A DNA stretch of 34,565 bases, from positions 1 through 34,565 of IMG/VR virus record IMGVR_UViG_3300020045_003669, one strand, 5' to 3'. The stretch is from a virus. Its lineage: Duplodnaviria; Caudoviricetes. Made by a program: the position numbers and the translations under genes. Below, piece after piece: positions 1-7,308 of this stretch. Below the pieces are notes generated by a model, which saw only the letters and a program-made list of their open reading frames with translations, was not told the DNA's origin and searched no databases. The stretch's first letter is position 1. Every line of letters starts with the position of its first letter.

Positions 1-2
1 TG

Positions 3-242
3 GTCAACCTTCAGGCCGTTACACATGGGTCAAAGAAGGTCGCTGTTTCTTCGGGAGGCGTAAATTCGTTGGTTTCATCCAGCGGGGCGTCACCGCAATC
101 AGGGGTATTCAATCCGCCTGGCGTTACCAGTTTTGGCATCGGAAGAAACGGAGGGTCAGAGCACCTAAACGGCATCATCTTCTCCCTTCCCTACTACCCA
201 CGCAAATACTCAGTAGCAGAACTGCAGGCGGCCTCAACATGA
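3..242 (+). CDS. 3' end of a fibre/appendage protein with a LamG/concanavalin-like C-terminus (partial, runs off the left edge)
   Basis: Manual translation from nt 3 is open to TGA 240-242: ...FGIGRNGGSEHLNGIIFSLPYYPRKYSVAELQAAST*. It resembles the 'LNGxIxxxxYYPRxLSxAELQA' end of phage LamG-like fibre proteins. ATGA overlap with the next gene. Confidence 0.6.
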   Translation, partial: VNLQAVTHGSKKVAVSSGGVNSLVSSSGASPQSGVFNPPGVTSFGIGRNGGSEHLNGIIFSLPYYPRKYSVAELQAAST

Positions 243-535
243 TCGATTACGTCTTAAAATTCCCATCCGAAGCGGTGTCGGTAGAAATGGCCGATGCTGC
301 TGGATTGATCCAAGATGGCGCACTGGTTCGCTTTACTGCTAACTATGGAATTTTCGTGCAGGGGATTATCTCCTCGCCGGCCGTGCGTGACGCTAATGGC
401 ATCCTGTTATCGCCACCGGCTGACCTCGGCGGCTGGTGGGTGCGTGTGCGCATTCTGACTGATGCGCCTATCCCGGTATCGTTCGAGCGATTTGTCACCG
501 ATGAACGACCGCCTGGGCTGTGGGATATCGCTTAA
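239..535 (+). CDS. Small protein coupled to the LamG-like fibre gene (possible fibre partner/chaperone)
   Basis: 98 aa, ATGA overlap with the upstream gene, followed by a terminator. Function inferred from position only. Confidence 0.6.
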   Translation: MIDYVLKFPSEAVSVEMADAAGLIQDGALVRFTANYGIFVQGIISSPAVRDANGILLSPPADLGGWWVRVRILTDAPIPVSFERFVTDERPPGLWDIA

Positions 536-536
536 T

Positions 537-562
537 AAAAAACCGCTGTCATGGCGGTTTTT
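537..562 (+). terminator. Rho-independent terminator
   Basis: AAAAACCGC-TGTCATG-GCGGTTTTT hairpin directly after the stop codon. Confidence 0.75.
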
Positions 563-573
563 GCTTATGCTAC

Positions 574-582
574 TGCTACAAT
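574..582 (+). promoter_or_regulatory. Extended -10 promoter
   Basis: TG-C-TACAAT after the terminator, 26 nt before ATG 609. The same TGnTAnnnT motif recurs at 3341, 6131, 11956, 20879 and 33157. Confidence 0.5.
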
Positions 583-608
583 GAGCTTTCAAGAAAAAAG
601 AGAATAAC

Positions 609-1853
609 ATGTCATTCTTACCGCCAGGCACAGACCCCGGAGAGTTGCCGGCCCCATTTTCACACGCAGTAACAAATGGAAGATTGCAGTTATTAAAGTC
701 TGGTGTAGTAGTGGCCGAGCAGGACGAGTTTGGATCGTGGTTCGCCAGTACGGTGATGACCGGCACCAACAGCTACGAGCTGGGCGAGATTCTTGGCATG
801 GGCGCGTGTGGAGAAAACGTTGCATGGGTAAATTCCATGTCAAAAACAGCTTACTTCCCGGTGTGGTGCGCAGTATCAACAGATGGCACAACCGTTTACG
901 ACACGACCGCCCGCGTACATGGCCCGCTATCCACATCAGAAGCGGCCGGCGCTCCTCATGCAAGCATTACTGGCCCGTACGCCGGCACGGTAACGGCATC
1001 GGTTAATACCTGCTTTTTCAAGGCGGATATTATCCCGGCAGAGTCGTACACTGGCAAACTAAAGTGGCTGTGCGAGTTTGTCGGTACGCCTAACATGGAG
1101 ATTGCGGAATTTAGCATCGATGTTGTTTTGGTGGCCGGCGTAACATATCAGCTTCAGTTCAAATACCCGCTGTGGATTAAGACCGGCCAAACCATTAAGA
1201 CGCAGTTGCTTAAAGAGAGTGGTGACAACCTGCTGTCGAAATATGGCGCGACATTGACGACTCAGCCGTATCGTAAAACGTATTATCGAACATTTACCGA
1301 TCAAGTTATATCAGGAATTCCAACCGGAACGATGATTGATTGGGCTGGCGGGCGCTACGGACTATCTACGCCTGACGGGTATTGGCCGTGCGATGGATCG
1401 ACCGTTAACTATCCTAGTTCAGTATTGCATGGGAAGGTAACGGACGACTGGCGCGGATATGTGTCTGCCGGTGCTCAGCCAGCAAATGCGGACGGATCAA
1501 CGGCGGGGGTTGACCTGTACACACTGGCGCGAAGCAATCTGCCAAATATAAACCTATCTGGCTCAACTTCGTACACACCCAGTGGATCCAATGCTGAAAA
1601 GATCTTCGGCACATACCATTACGCAGCACTTTCAAGCGAAGTGTTTACAAACCCGCAGCCGGGGAGCTCGGGTGGCCGTCCTGTGGTGGCTAGTTATAAT
1701 ATTTCTTCCATCAGCATGAACCACAACCACCCATTTACAGGAACAGCGGCAACCATCTCGCTAAGCAATATCTCATTGAACGGAGGAGTCGGACAGACGC
1801 AAATTGATACACGCCAGAATACTCGATATGTCACCAAGCTGATTAAGCTTTAA
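609..1853 (+). CDS. Fibre-like protein with a C-terminal phage tail-collar domain
   Basis: 414 aa. PTGTMIDWAG...PDGYWPCDG...DWRGYVSAG...TLARSNLP...HNH...YVTKLIKL matches the collar/short-fibre pattern. Confidence 0.7.
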   Translation: MSFLPPGTDPGELPAPFSHAVTNGRLQLLKSGVVVAEQDEFGSWFASTVMTGTNSYELGEILGMGACGENVAWVNSMSKTAYFPVWCAVSTDGTTVYDTTARVHGPLSTSEAAGAPHASITGPYAGTVTASVNTCFFKADIIPAESYTGKLKWLCEFVGTPNMEIAEFSIDVVLVAGVTYQLQFKYPLWIKTGQTIKTQLLKESGDNLLSKYGATLTTQPYRKTYYRTFTDQVISGIPTGTMIDWAGGRYGLSTPDGYWPCDGSTVNYPSSVLHGKVTDDWRGYVSAGAQPANADGSTAGVDLYTLARSNLPNINLSGSTSYTPSGSNAEKIFGTYHYAALSSEVFTNPQPGSSGGRPVVASYNISSISMNHNHPFTGTAATISLSNISLNGGVGQTQIDTRQNTRYVTKLIKL

Positions 1854-1857
1854 CCTT

Positions 1858-2046
1858 TTAGCCACCTTCGGGTGGTTTTTCTTTGTGCCCATCAATAGCC
1901 CGCCTTACCCCTTCGCTAACATTCCCGTCGCCAATCCGCCTAGCCTTCCTTGCTTGCCGGCCAGTTAGTCTTGCCTGATAAGTTGCCATTGCTGAATCCC
2001 CGTCTATTGGCTTTCGTCCTGCCCCATCCCGCTTTCCTCCTCGCAT
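1858..2046 (-). CDS. Small DNA-binding protein (RHH-like, N-terminal RGGKRxGAGRKP)
   Basis: 62 aa, basic N-terminal motif followed by strand-helix-helix (TYQARLT...NVSEGVRRAID). Divergent from the 2147 gene. Confidence 0.6.
   Translation of the reverse strand: MRGGKRDGAGRKPIDGDSAMATYQARLTGRQARKARRIGDGNVSEGVRRAIDGHKEKPPEGG
1861..1884. terminator. Terminator between convergent genes
   Basis: GCCACC-TTCG-GGTGGT followed by a T tract. Confidence 0.75.
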
Positions 2047-2146
2047 TGATTCCGCACCCTATATTCAAATCGTTTGATTTTGCATTGCACCGTCAGTCTC
2101 ATAATTTTACCTGCTGAATGTTCAGCAACTCAAGTGAGGCGTGGCG

Positions 2147-3130
2147 ATGTTCGAGCCAAATTTAACGCTTTCAGATCATGAAAACCGGTCGGCAGAACGA
2201 GCGGAAGAGGTCAAAAGCGAGATTAAGCACGTCGGTCATAAGATCGAAAAATTAAACATTTTCAAAAAAAAGGAAGGTGGTTCGATGGATGCAATTATTC
2301 CGGCACTGTTGGCTGGTGGCAATCAAGGCGGCGGCATGGGTACTGGCCTTGGGGCCGGATTATTGGGCGGTGTATTGGGCGGCGCATTGCTGGGCGGGAA
2401 TGGCTTAGGCGTTAACCGTGCAGCCGCAGTAGCTGGCGCTGAAGGATTTGTTACCCCTGCAAATCTGACTGCAGCCCTTGCTGGCGTGACTGATACCCTG
2501 CAAAACACAACTGTCATTCAGACGCTTGGCGATATCAAAGCATCGGTTCCGCTGGCAGAAGGTCAGGTTCAACTTGCACTGGCCGGCGTTCAGTCCGATT
2601 TGACTACTCAGGCAAACATCAATCAAAGCGCCGTTGTTGCTGGTCAAGCCATTCTGAACAAAAATATCAGCGACTCGATTGCCACTGCACTTGCCGGCCA
2701 AAGCTCGATTAAAGAAAGCATCGCCGCATATGGCGTTGCCAACTTGACCGCAACCAAAGACGCTCAATACGCCATCGTTACTGCGGTCAATGCGGACGGC
2801 GAAAAAACCCGAGCATTGATCACGTCTAACGAGATCTCCAATCTGCAGCGCCAGTTGACAGTTAGCGAGTCCCGCGCACTGGAAGACCGTTTGACTGCGA
2901 GAAATCGTGAAATCGAGATTAATGTAGCCAGTACCAATACAAACACGGCTAACGCAATTCAAGCGCAAAACCAATCGCAAGCGCAGTCTCAGGCCATCAT
3001 TCAGTTAGGCGCTTTGGTAAGCAACCTGGCTGGCGATATCCAAGCCGTTCGTCAATCGCAAGTGACGTTTAATAGCGGCACTATGGTTGGTGCAGGCAAT
3101 CAGACCGCTGCAAATACCAAGGTCGGCTAA
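2147..3130 (+). CDS. Uncharacterised protein: Gly-zipper hydrophobic segment, long Ala/Gln/Thr helical region and Q/N-rich tail (second possible start at 2285)
   Basis: GLGAGLLGGVLGGALLGG, then DGEKTRALI...LQRQL, then NTNTANAIQAQNQSQAQSQA. GAGG precedes ATG 2147 and GGAAGG precedes ATG 2285. Confidence 0.8.
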   Translation: MFEPNLTLSDHENRSAERAEEVKSEIKHVGHKIEKLNIFKKKEGGSMDAIIPALLAGGNQGGGMGTGLGAGLLGGVLGGALLGGNGLGVNRAAAVAGAEGFVTPANLTAALAGVTDTLQNTTVIQTLGDIKASVPLAEGQVQLALAGVQSDLTTQANINQSAVVAGQAILNKNISDSIATALAGQSSIKESIAAYGVANLTATKDAQYAIVTAVNADGEKTRALITSNEISNLQRQLTVSESRALEDRLTARNREIEINVASTNTNTANAIQAQNQSQAQSQAIIQLGALVSNLAGDIQAVRQSQVTFNSGTMVGAGNQTAANTKVG

Positions 3131-3298
3131 ATGTTGGCCGCGCTACTTACGCAGATTATCGGCGATCAGCTTAATGAAGTGGATCAGGAATTTGTTAGCG
3201 AAAATCTGGACAAAATTCTTGAATTTCTCAAGAGCGATAATGGCGGTGAAATAATTCGCTTGGCCGTATCTGAAATGAGACAGTTTGTAGCGAAGTAA
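3131..3298 (+). CDS. 55-aa acidic helical protein co-transcribed with the Gly-zipper protein (not in ORF track)
   Basis: MLAALLTQIIGDQLNEVDQEFVSENLDKILEFLKSDNGGEIIRLAVSEMRQFVAK*. ATG immediately follows the upstream TAA and the gene ends just before a terminator. Confidence 0.7.
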   Translation: MLAALLTQIIGDQLNEVDQEFVSENLDKILEFLKSDNGGEIIRLAVSEMRQFVAK

Positions 3299-3301
3299 GA
3301 A

Positions 3302-3336
3302 GCGCCCCGACTCTCGTAAAGTCGGGGCGTTTTGTT
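3302..3336 (+). terminator. Rho-independent terminator
   Basis: GCGCCCCGACT-CTCGTAA-AGTCGGGGCGT-TTT. Confidence 0.8.
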
Positions 3337-3340
3337 ATTG

Positions 3341-3457
3341 TGGTATACTTCGCTTGCGGTGTGAGAGCTGCAAAGATTGGCTAGATTTTACGCGTTACCG
3401 TCCTCCGTGTTGTTTTTCGGACTCTCACCGGTAAAGCGTAAATTCTAGCCATTTTTT
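3341..3457 (+). ncRNA. Putative c4/CI-like antisense-attenuator leader upstream of the Rha gene
   Basis: TGGTATACT promoter, then a stem-loop presenting GTGAGAG (3361-3367). Its complement CTCTCAC (3422-3428) lies inside a long terminator hairpin TGGCTAGA...TCTAGCCA followed by T6. Confidence 0.55.
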
Positions 3458-3774
3458 ACGTCTATATCTTTCGCGTCGTCCTGCTGATCGGGTTAGAAAT
3501 ACAGCTTCGCGGTGCTGGTTATCAAGAAAAGCCGTTTTAGTATTCACCGTTTTGATGGTGGCGGCCAAAGGTCAGCACATGACCCGAGGATAAACGGACG
3601 TTAAAGGGTTGACGCAGTTCGCTGTGTAGCGTTGGGGCCTTACGATAAATGGCTAGTCCGCTTAAATGATTACTAATGACTGCGTGTCTTTATGGATAAG
3701 CAATGGCGCTGGGTAGTTCAACCCAACACCATCAGAGGGTAGTGTTAATTTTAATTACGTAGAAGGCCTAAATA

Positions 3775-4440
3775 ATGAAAGTAGCAAAATTGTACATGCC
3801 AAAAACAATGTCTACGAAAGAGATATCTGACATGACCGGCGTTCGACACGATAACGTCATGCGGTCTATTGATGAACTAAACAAGCTATCAATTCTCACG
3901 CCTCAATCTGAGGAGTCAGAATATAAAGCGCGAGGCAAGCCATACAAGTGCTGGAATTTAACAAAGCGCGATTCACTTGTTCTTATTGCTCGCCTATCCC
4001 CTGAATTTACAGCTGCCGTTATTGATCGCTGGCAAGAACTGGAAAACAAAGAGTCACGCCGGCAGCAAGAGGCGGTTTCTCGAAGCATTTCAAAGATTGA
4101 ATTCAAGCCTATGAATACGGCACTGGAGGAGGCTAGAAAAGAACTAGGAAAGGATACGGCCAGCCACCATTACAGCAATGAAGCCGATATGATAAACAGA
4201 ATCGTAACCGGAAAATCTGCTGCACAATTCAGGGTATTTCACGGAATGGAAAAGGATGATTCTGTTCGTGACATGCTTTCCGCCTCGCAAATTAATGCCA
4301 TTGTCGGGCTGCAGCGGGCCAACATGGTATACATTCAAGACGGCATGCTGTTTGATGAACGAAAAGAGCGCTTGCACTCTCTGTACATGAGAAAGTTTGA
4401 TGCGGCTATTGCTGCAGAAATAAACAGACTGGAATCTTAA
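3775..4440 (+). CDS. rha: Rha-family phage regulatory protein
   Basis: MSTKEISDMTGVRHDNVMRSI...LTKRDSLVLIARLSPEFTAAVIDRWQELE is the Rha N-terminal domain. C-terminal region contains HYSNEADMINRIV. Confidence 0.8.
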   Translation: MKVAKLYMPKTMSTKEISDMTGVRHDNVMRSIDELNKLSILTPQSEESEYKARGKPYKCWNLTKRDSLVLIARLSPEFTAAVIDRWQELENKESRRQQEAVSRSISKIEFKPMNTALEEARKELGKDTASHHYSNEADMINRIVTGKSAAQFRVFHGMEKDDSVRDMLSASQINAIVGLQRANMVYIQDGMLFDERKERLHSLYMRKFDAAIAAEINRLES

Positions 4441-4472
4441 TTGCAGGCGCGTCTGGCGCATTCCACGCCTAC

Positions 4473-5081
4473 GTGGATACTACCAGCGCAACACTGACCG
4501 CTGCGCTTGGTGATGCCGTATTTGCTGCCGGTGCGTGGACATTTGGCGGCACTACTGCGCTGCGTGTTGGCGATACTCTGTTCTTGGATATGGCAACCCA
4601 GCAAGACAGTGACCGCGCATGGCAGATGATTGCGGCCAATGGTAACGCCGGTGACTTCAAGCCATTTGGCTCTGACATCGACCAGGCCATTGCTAATGCA
4701 GTCAATGCCGTAAAGGGTAATGCGACCACTTATACCAATCTCGGCTTGGTAGAAGATAAGCTGGAAGGCATTGATTTAACTCTGGCGGCCATGCAGGCGG
4801 CAGAGGGTGCACATGCCAAGACGATCGAGTACCCGGTAACGTGGGGCACTCCCGATGTGAATGGCGTGAAGACTGCGACCATTGATACATCGGCTGATTT
4901 CAATACCCACAAGGTATCGGCTCGCGTGCTAAAGGTTAAGGCCGGCGGATTCTATGAGCAGTTGTCCAGTACCGCGCTGCTGATTGAGTCCAGTAATTCG
5001 GCAGTACGTCTGCAGACTGATTCCGGTTCGATTACTGCGGCAACGCTGGTGGTGATCGTTAGCGGTACGCCTGAGCTGTAA
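4473..5081 (+). CDS. Fibre/appendage-like protein, probably 5'-truncated
   Basis: Frame open from 4401 with no ATG or RBS upstream of GTG 4473. Ala/Thr/Gly-rich structural-type composition. Ends at a terminator. Confidence 0.5.
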   Translation: MDTTSATLTAALGDAVFAAGAWTFGGTTALRVGDTLFLDMATQQDSDRAWQMIAANGNAGDFKPFGSDIDQAIANAVNAVKGNATTYTNLGLVEDKLEGIDLTLAAMQAAEGAHAKTIEYPVTWGTPDVNGVKTATIDTSADFNTHKVSARVLKVKAGGFYEQLSSTALLIESSNSAVRLQTDSGSITAATLVVIVSGTPEL

Positions 5082-5083
5082 AG

Positions 5084-5115
5084 AAAAAGCCCCGCTGAGT
5101 GCGGGGCTTGTTTTT
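5084..5115. terminator. Bidirectional terminator
   Basis: AAGCCCCGC-TGAGT-GCGGGGCTT flanked by A and T tracts, between convergent genes. Confidence 0.8.
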
Positions 5116-5473
5116 AGTTTAATGACATTCCGTTGAAGAATCCGCCGTAGTATGCGATAGAGGAGTACACAAAAACTGCATATGTCATTCCATTAAACAC
5201 AGACATTTTATGCGGAATAAATTCTCTTTTTCCGAATTTGACCTCAAAAATACTAATAATAAAAATCACGCCAAAAATTAGAACAACATATTGAGGCCAC
5301 GAAAAGGAAGAAAAAAACCCTTGCATGTAAAAGATGAACGGAAAGATTGATAGCTTAAAAAAAGAATTTGCCATGCCTTCTCTCTCCATGGTGCGTTCGT
5401 TATTTAGCCACGAAGAAAGCAGAGCGCGAGTCATTAGAAAAATAAACAATACTTGCCAGAATGTAATAGTCAT
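5114..5473 (-). CDS. AT-rich membrane protein (~4 TM)
   Basis: 119 aa with four hydrophobic Phe/Ile-rich segments. Confidence 0.7.
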   Translation of the reverse strand: MTITFWQVLFIFLMTRALLSSWLNNERTMEREGMANSFFKLSIFPFIFYMQGFFSSFSWPQYVVLIFGVIFIISIFEVKFGKREFIPHKMSVFNGMTYAVFVYSSIAYYGGFFNGMSLN

Positions 5474-5512
5474 TTTTACTGCCTTTTTGGTTGATTAACA
5501 ATTTTACTCGAT

Positions 5513-5803
5513 TTACATCAACAACGCTGCTGCCGTCGATACTCCCAATCCAGCGCCCAGCACATCAGCCGTCAAGTCTTTGTAGCTGAATCCTGATCCG
5601 GATTCGGTGGTGGCATCCTTCAACTCTTTGGCAATTCCCACCAGCATAGATGCCGCAAATCCGCATAAGGCCGGACTTTCCCAGTGAAGTGACCGAGCCA
5701 GTGCGGTAGCAAAAAATGCCATTGATGCACTAAACGCAAAATGCAGAACCTTGTCTTCCCCGTTCCACTTGTCTACTTCTGGCGATGATAGTTTGAATTT
5801 CAT
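5513..5803 (-). CDS. YfiM/DUF2279-like (VanZ-like) membrane protein
   Basis: DKVLHF...GIAKELKD...SGFSYKDLTADVLGAGLG motif. ATG 5803 has a GGAGGAG RBS and overlaps the upstream stop. Confidence 0.7.
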   Translation of the reverse strand: MKFKLSSPEVDKWNGEDKVLHFAFSASMAFFATALARSLHWESPALCGFAASMLVGIAKELKDATTESGSGFSYKDLTADVLGAGLGVSTAAALLM

Positions 5804-6060
5804 ACGTACTCCTCCACTTTTTGAACCAGCCAATAATCTACTTCATTTTTTTTAAGCTCTGATTCCACCTTTTGTAGGGTATATAGCGTTACATCTTCGC
5901 CAATTTCCACGCCCCATCGGTCGGTGCGCTTCTTCTTTTCGACCGATACCACGAAACACAGAGACTCTCGGTTATAAACGACCAAATCACCAGCTACTGC
6001 CGACCCCTGTTCAAGCTCGACCATTTCACCATCATCGTTTCGTTTGTAGTTTAGGGACAT
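5800..6060 (-). CDS. Hypothetical protein, first gene of minus-strand island 1
   Basis: 86 aa, GGAG RBS, downstream of a sigma70-like promoter. Confidence 0.65.
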   Translation of the reverse strand: MSLNYKRNDDGEMVELEQGSAVAGDLVVYNRESLCFVVSVEKKKRTDRWGVEIGEDVTLYTLQKVESELKKNEVDYWLVQKVEEYV

Positions 6061-6092
6061 GTTTCGACTCCGTTAATTTGTTTGATCCATTC

Positions 6093-6139
6093 ACTCTATA
6101 TTATCGTGCCGCGCCCGTCAACAATAGCAATGATACAAT
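6093..6139. promoter_or_regulatory. Back-to-back promoter pair, copy 1
   Basis: Minus strand TTGACG(6121-6116)-N17-TAGAGT; plus strand TGATACAAT (6131-6139). Similar element at 11918-11964. Confidence 0.65.
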
Positions 6140-6164
6140 GGTGAAAATATATCAGGCGCTACCC

Positions 6165-6581
6165 ATGGACATTACTTCCGCAATCATTGTCAGCTTCCGA
6201 AATGCCAAGCAGCCGTTTAGCAGCACCATCACTTATCCAGATGCAATGGTTAAGGAGGCTTTGTGCGAGGCGGATGCGGAGACTGGCGGCAAGGGCTGGG
6301 GCGGTTATCAGGATGAATGCGAGAATTTCAAACAACGCGGCATGTTCTTGTACGCTTGCCATTATCTGGCCGTGCTGTATCCGAACGGTGCAGCAGGTGG
6401 CATGTCAGCCGGCACAAAGGGCGTCGTAGCCAGTAAAGGCGTGGGCGATGAATCAGTGAGTATGTTCACCGGGTCATATGGCAAATTACGCGCCGGGGAC
6501 GAATGGCTGGCTGCTAGCGTATTCGGCCAGCAATGGTTACGCCTACGCCGTCGAGCCGGCATGGGTGCGCGTGCCGTATGA
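6165..6581 (+). CDS. Head-tail adaptor (DUF4054-like)
   Basis: MFLYACHYL...VASKGVGDESVS...WLAASVFGQQWLRLRR pattern. First gene of the neck cluster; start reassigned to ATG 6165. Confidence 0.75.
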   Translation: MDITSAIIVSFRNAKQPFSSTITYPDAMVKEALCEADAETGGKGWGGYQDECENFKQRGMFLYACHYLAVLYPNGAAGGMSAGTKGVVASKGVGDESVSMFTGSYGKLRAGDEWLAASVFGQQWLRLRRRAGMGARAV

Positions 6582-7177
6582 GCATCAAGGTGATTGGCTT
6601 CCAGACAATGCAGGCGGAGCTTAAAAAGGCGCTGTCTACGTTCGTCGGTCAAAATAAGGCCGTGACCATCGGCATTCACGAAGAGGCCGGCGACATTGAA
6701 GGCGGCGATATGACCATGGCTAAGCTTGGCGCGATTCAGGAATACGGGGCCAGCATCGATCACCCTGGCGGTACATCATACGGTTACGCCACGGCAGCAG
6801 CAGCCAATAAGGGAAAGGTTCGTTTTCTGAAGACGGGCGCAGGGTACATGCAGCTTGGCGTTACCGGTGCGCACAAGATCACCATTCCGGCGCGACCATG
6901 GTTAAAGCCTGGCGTAGAGTCCGGAACGCAAGAGTATCTGGCCATTGTGCAAAGTAAAATTGCGGCCGGCGCTAATATTGATGCAGTGCTGGAAGAAATC
7001 GGCGTGACGGCTGCGGGCATCGTTCAAAAATACATGACTGATTTGAAGTCGCCACCCAATGCGAAAAGTACGATTCGGCAGAAGGGTAGTTCAAATCCGC
7101 TGATCGACTCGGGAGCGCTGCGTCAGTCAGTCACATACGCTTTGCAGAAAGAGCGCCCAACGGAGGGATTAGAATGA
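6578..7177 (+). CDS. Neck/tail completion protein
   Basis: GAIQEYG...IPARPWL...PPNAKSTIRQKGSSNPLIDSGALRQSVTY signature. ATGA overlap. Confidence 0.8.
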   Translation: MSIKVIGFQTMQAELKKALSTFVGQNKAVTIGIHEEAGDIEGGDMTMAKLGAIQEYGASIDHPGGTSYGYATAAAANKGKVRFLKTGAGYMQLGVTGAHKITIPARPWLKPGVESGTQEYLAIVQSKIAAGANIDAVLEEIGVTAAGIVQKYMTDLKSPPNAKSTIRQKGSSNPLIDSGALRQSVTYALQKERPTEGLE

Positions 7178-7308
7178 TTGTCAGTGAAATTGTTGTTCGC
7201 ATAAACATCAAATACCCGCGCCTATTGCTGTGGATGAATTATCCAGTGCTAATGCTCGGGCTTGATCCAATTATCCCAAAGTGGATGATTGAAGTAGAGG
7301 TTGTGTGA
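7174..7308 (+). CDS. 44-aa hydrophobic protein (not in ORF track)
   Basis: MIVSEIVVRINIKYPRLLLWMNYPVLMLGLDPIIPKWMIEVEVV*. It fills the gap exactly, with ATGA and TGATG overlaps. Confidence 0.55.
   Translation: MIVSEIVVRINIKYPRLLLWMNYPVLMLGLDPIIPKWMIEVEVV

Noticed and set aside
2141-3130. R-body (Reb), gas vesicle or curli subunit
   Set aside because: Composition is reminiscent, but the length and motifs do not match those families as I know them, and there is no signal peptide.
3458-3774. tRNA gene or group I intron
   Set aside because: No cloverleaf or TTCGA T-loop, no recognisable P7 core, and no interrupted flanking CDS.
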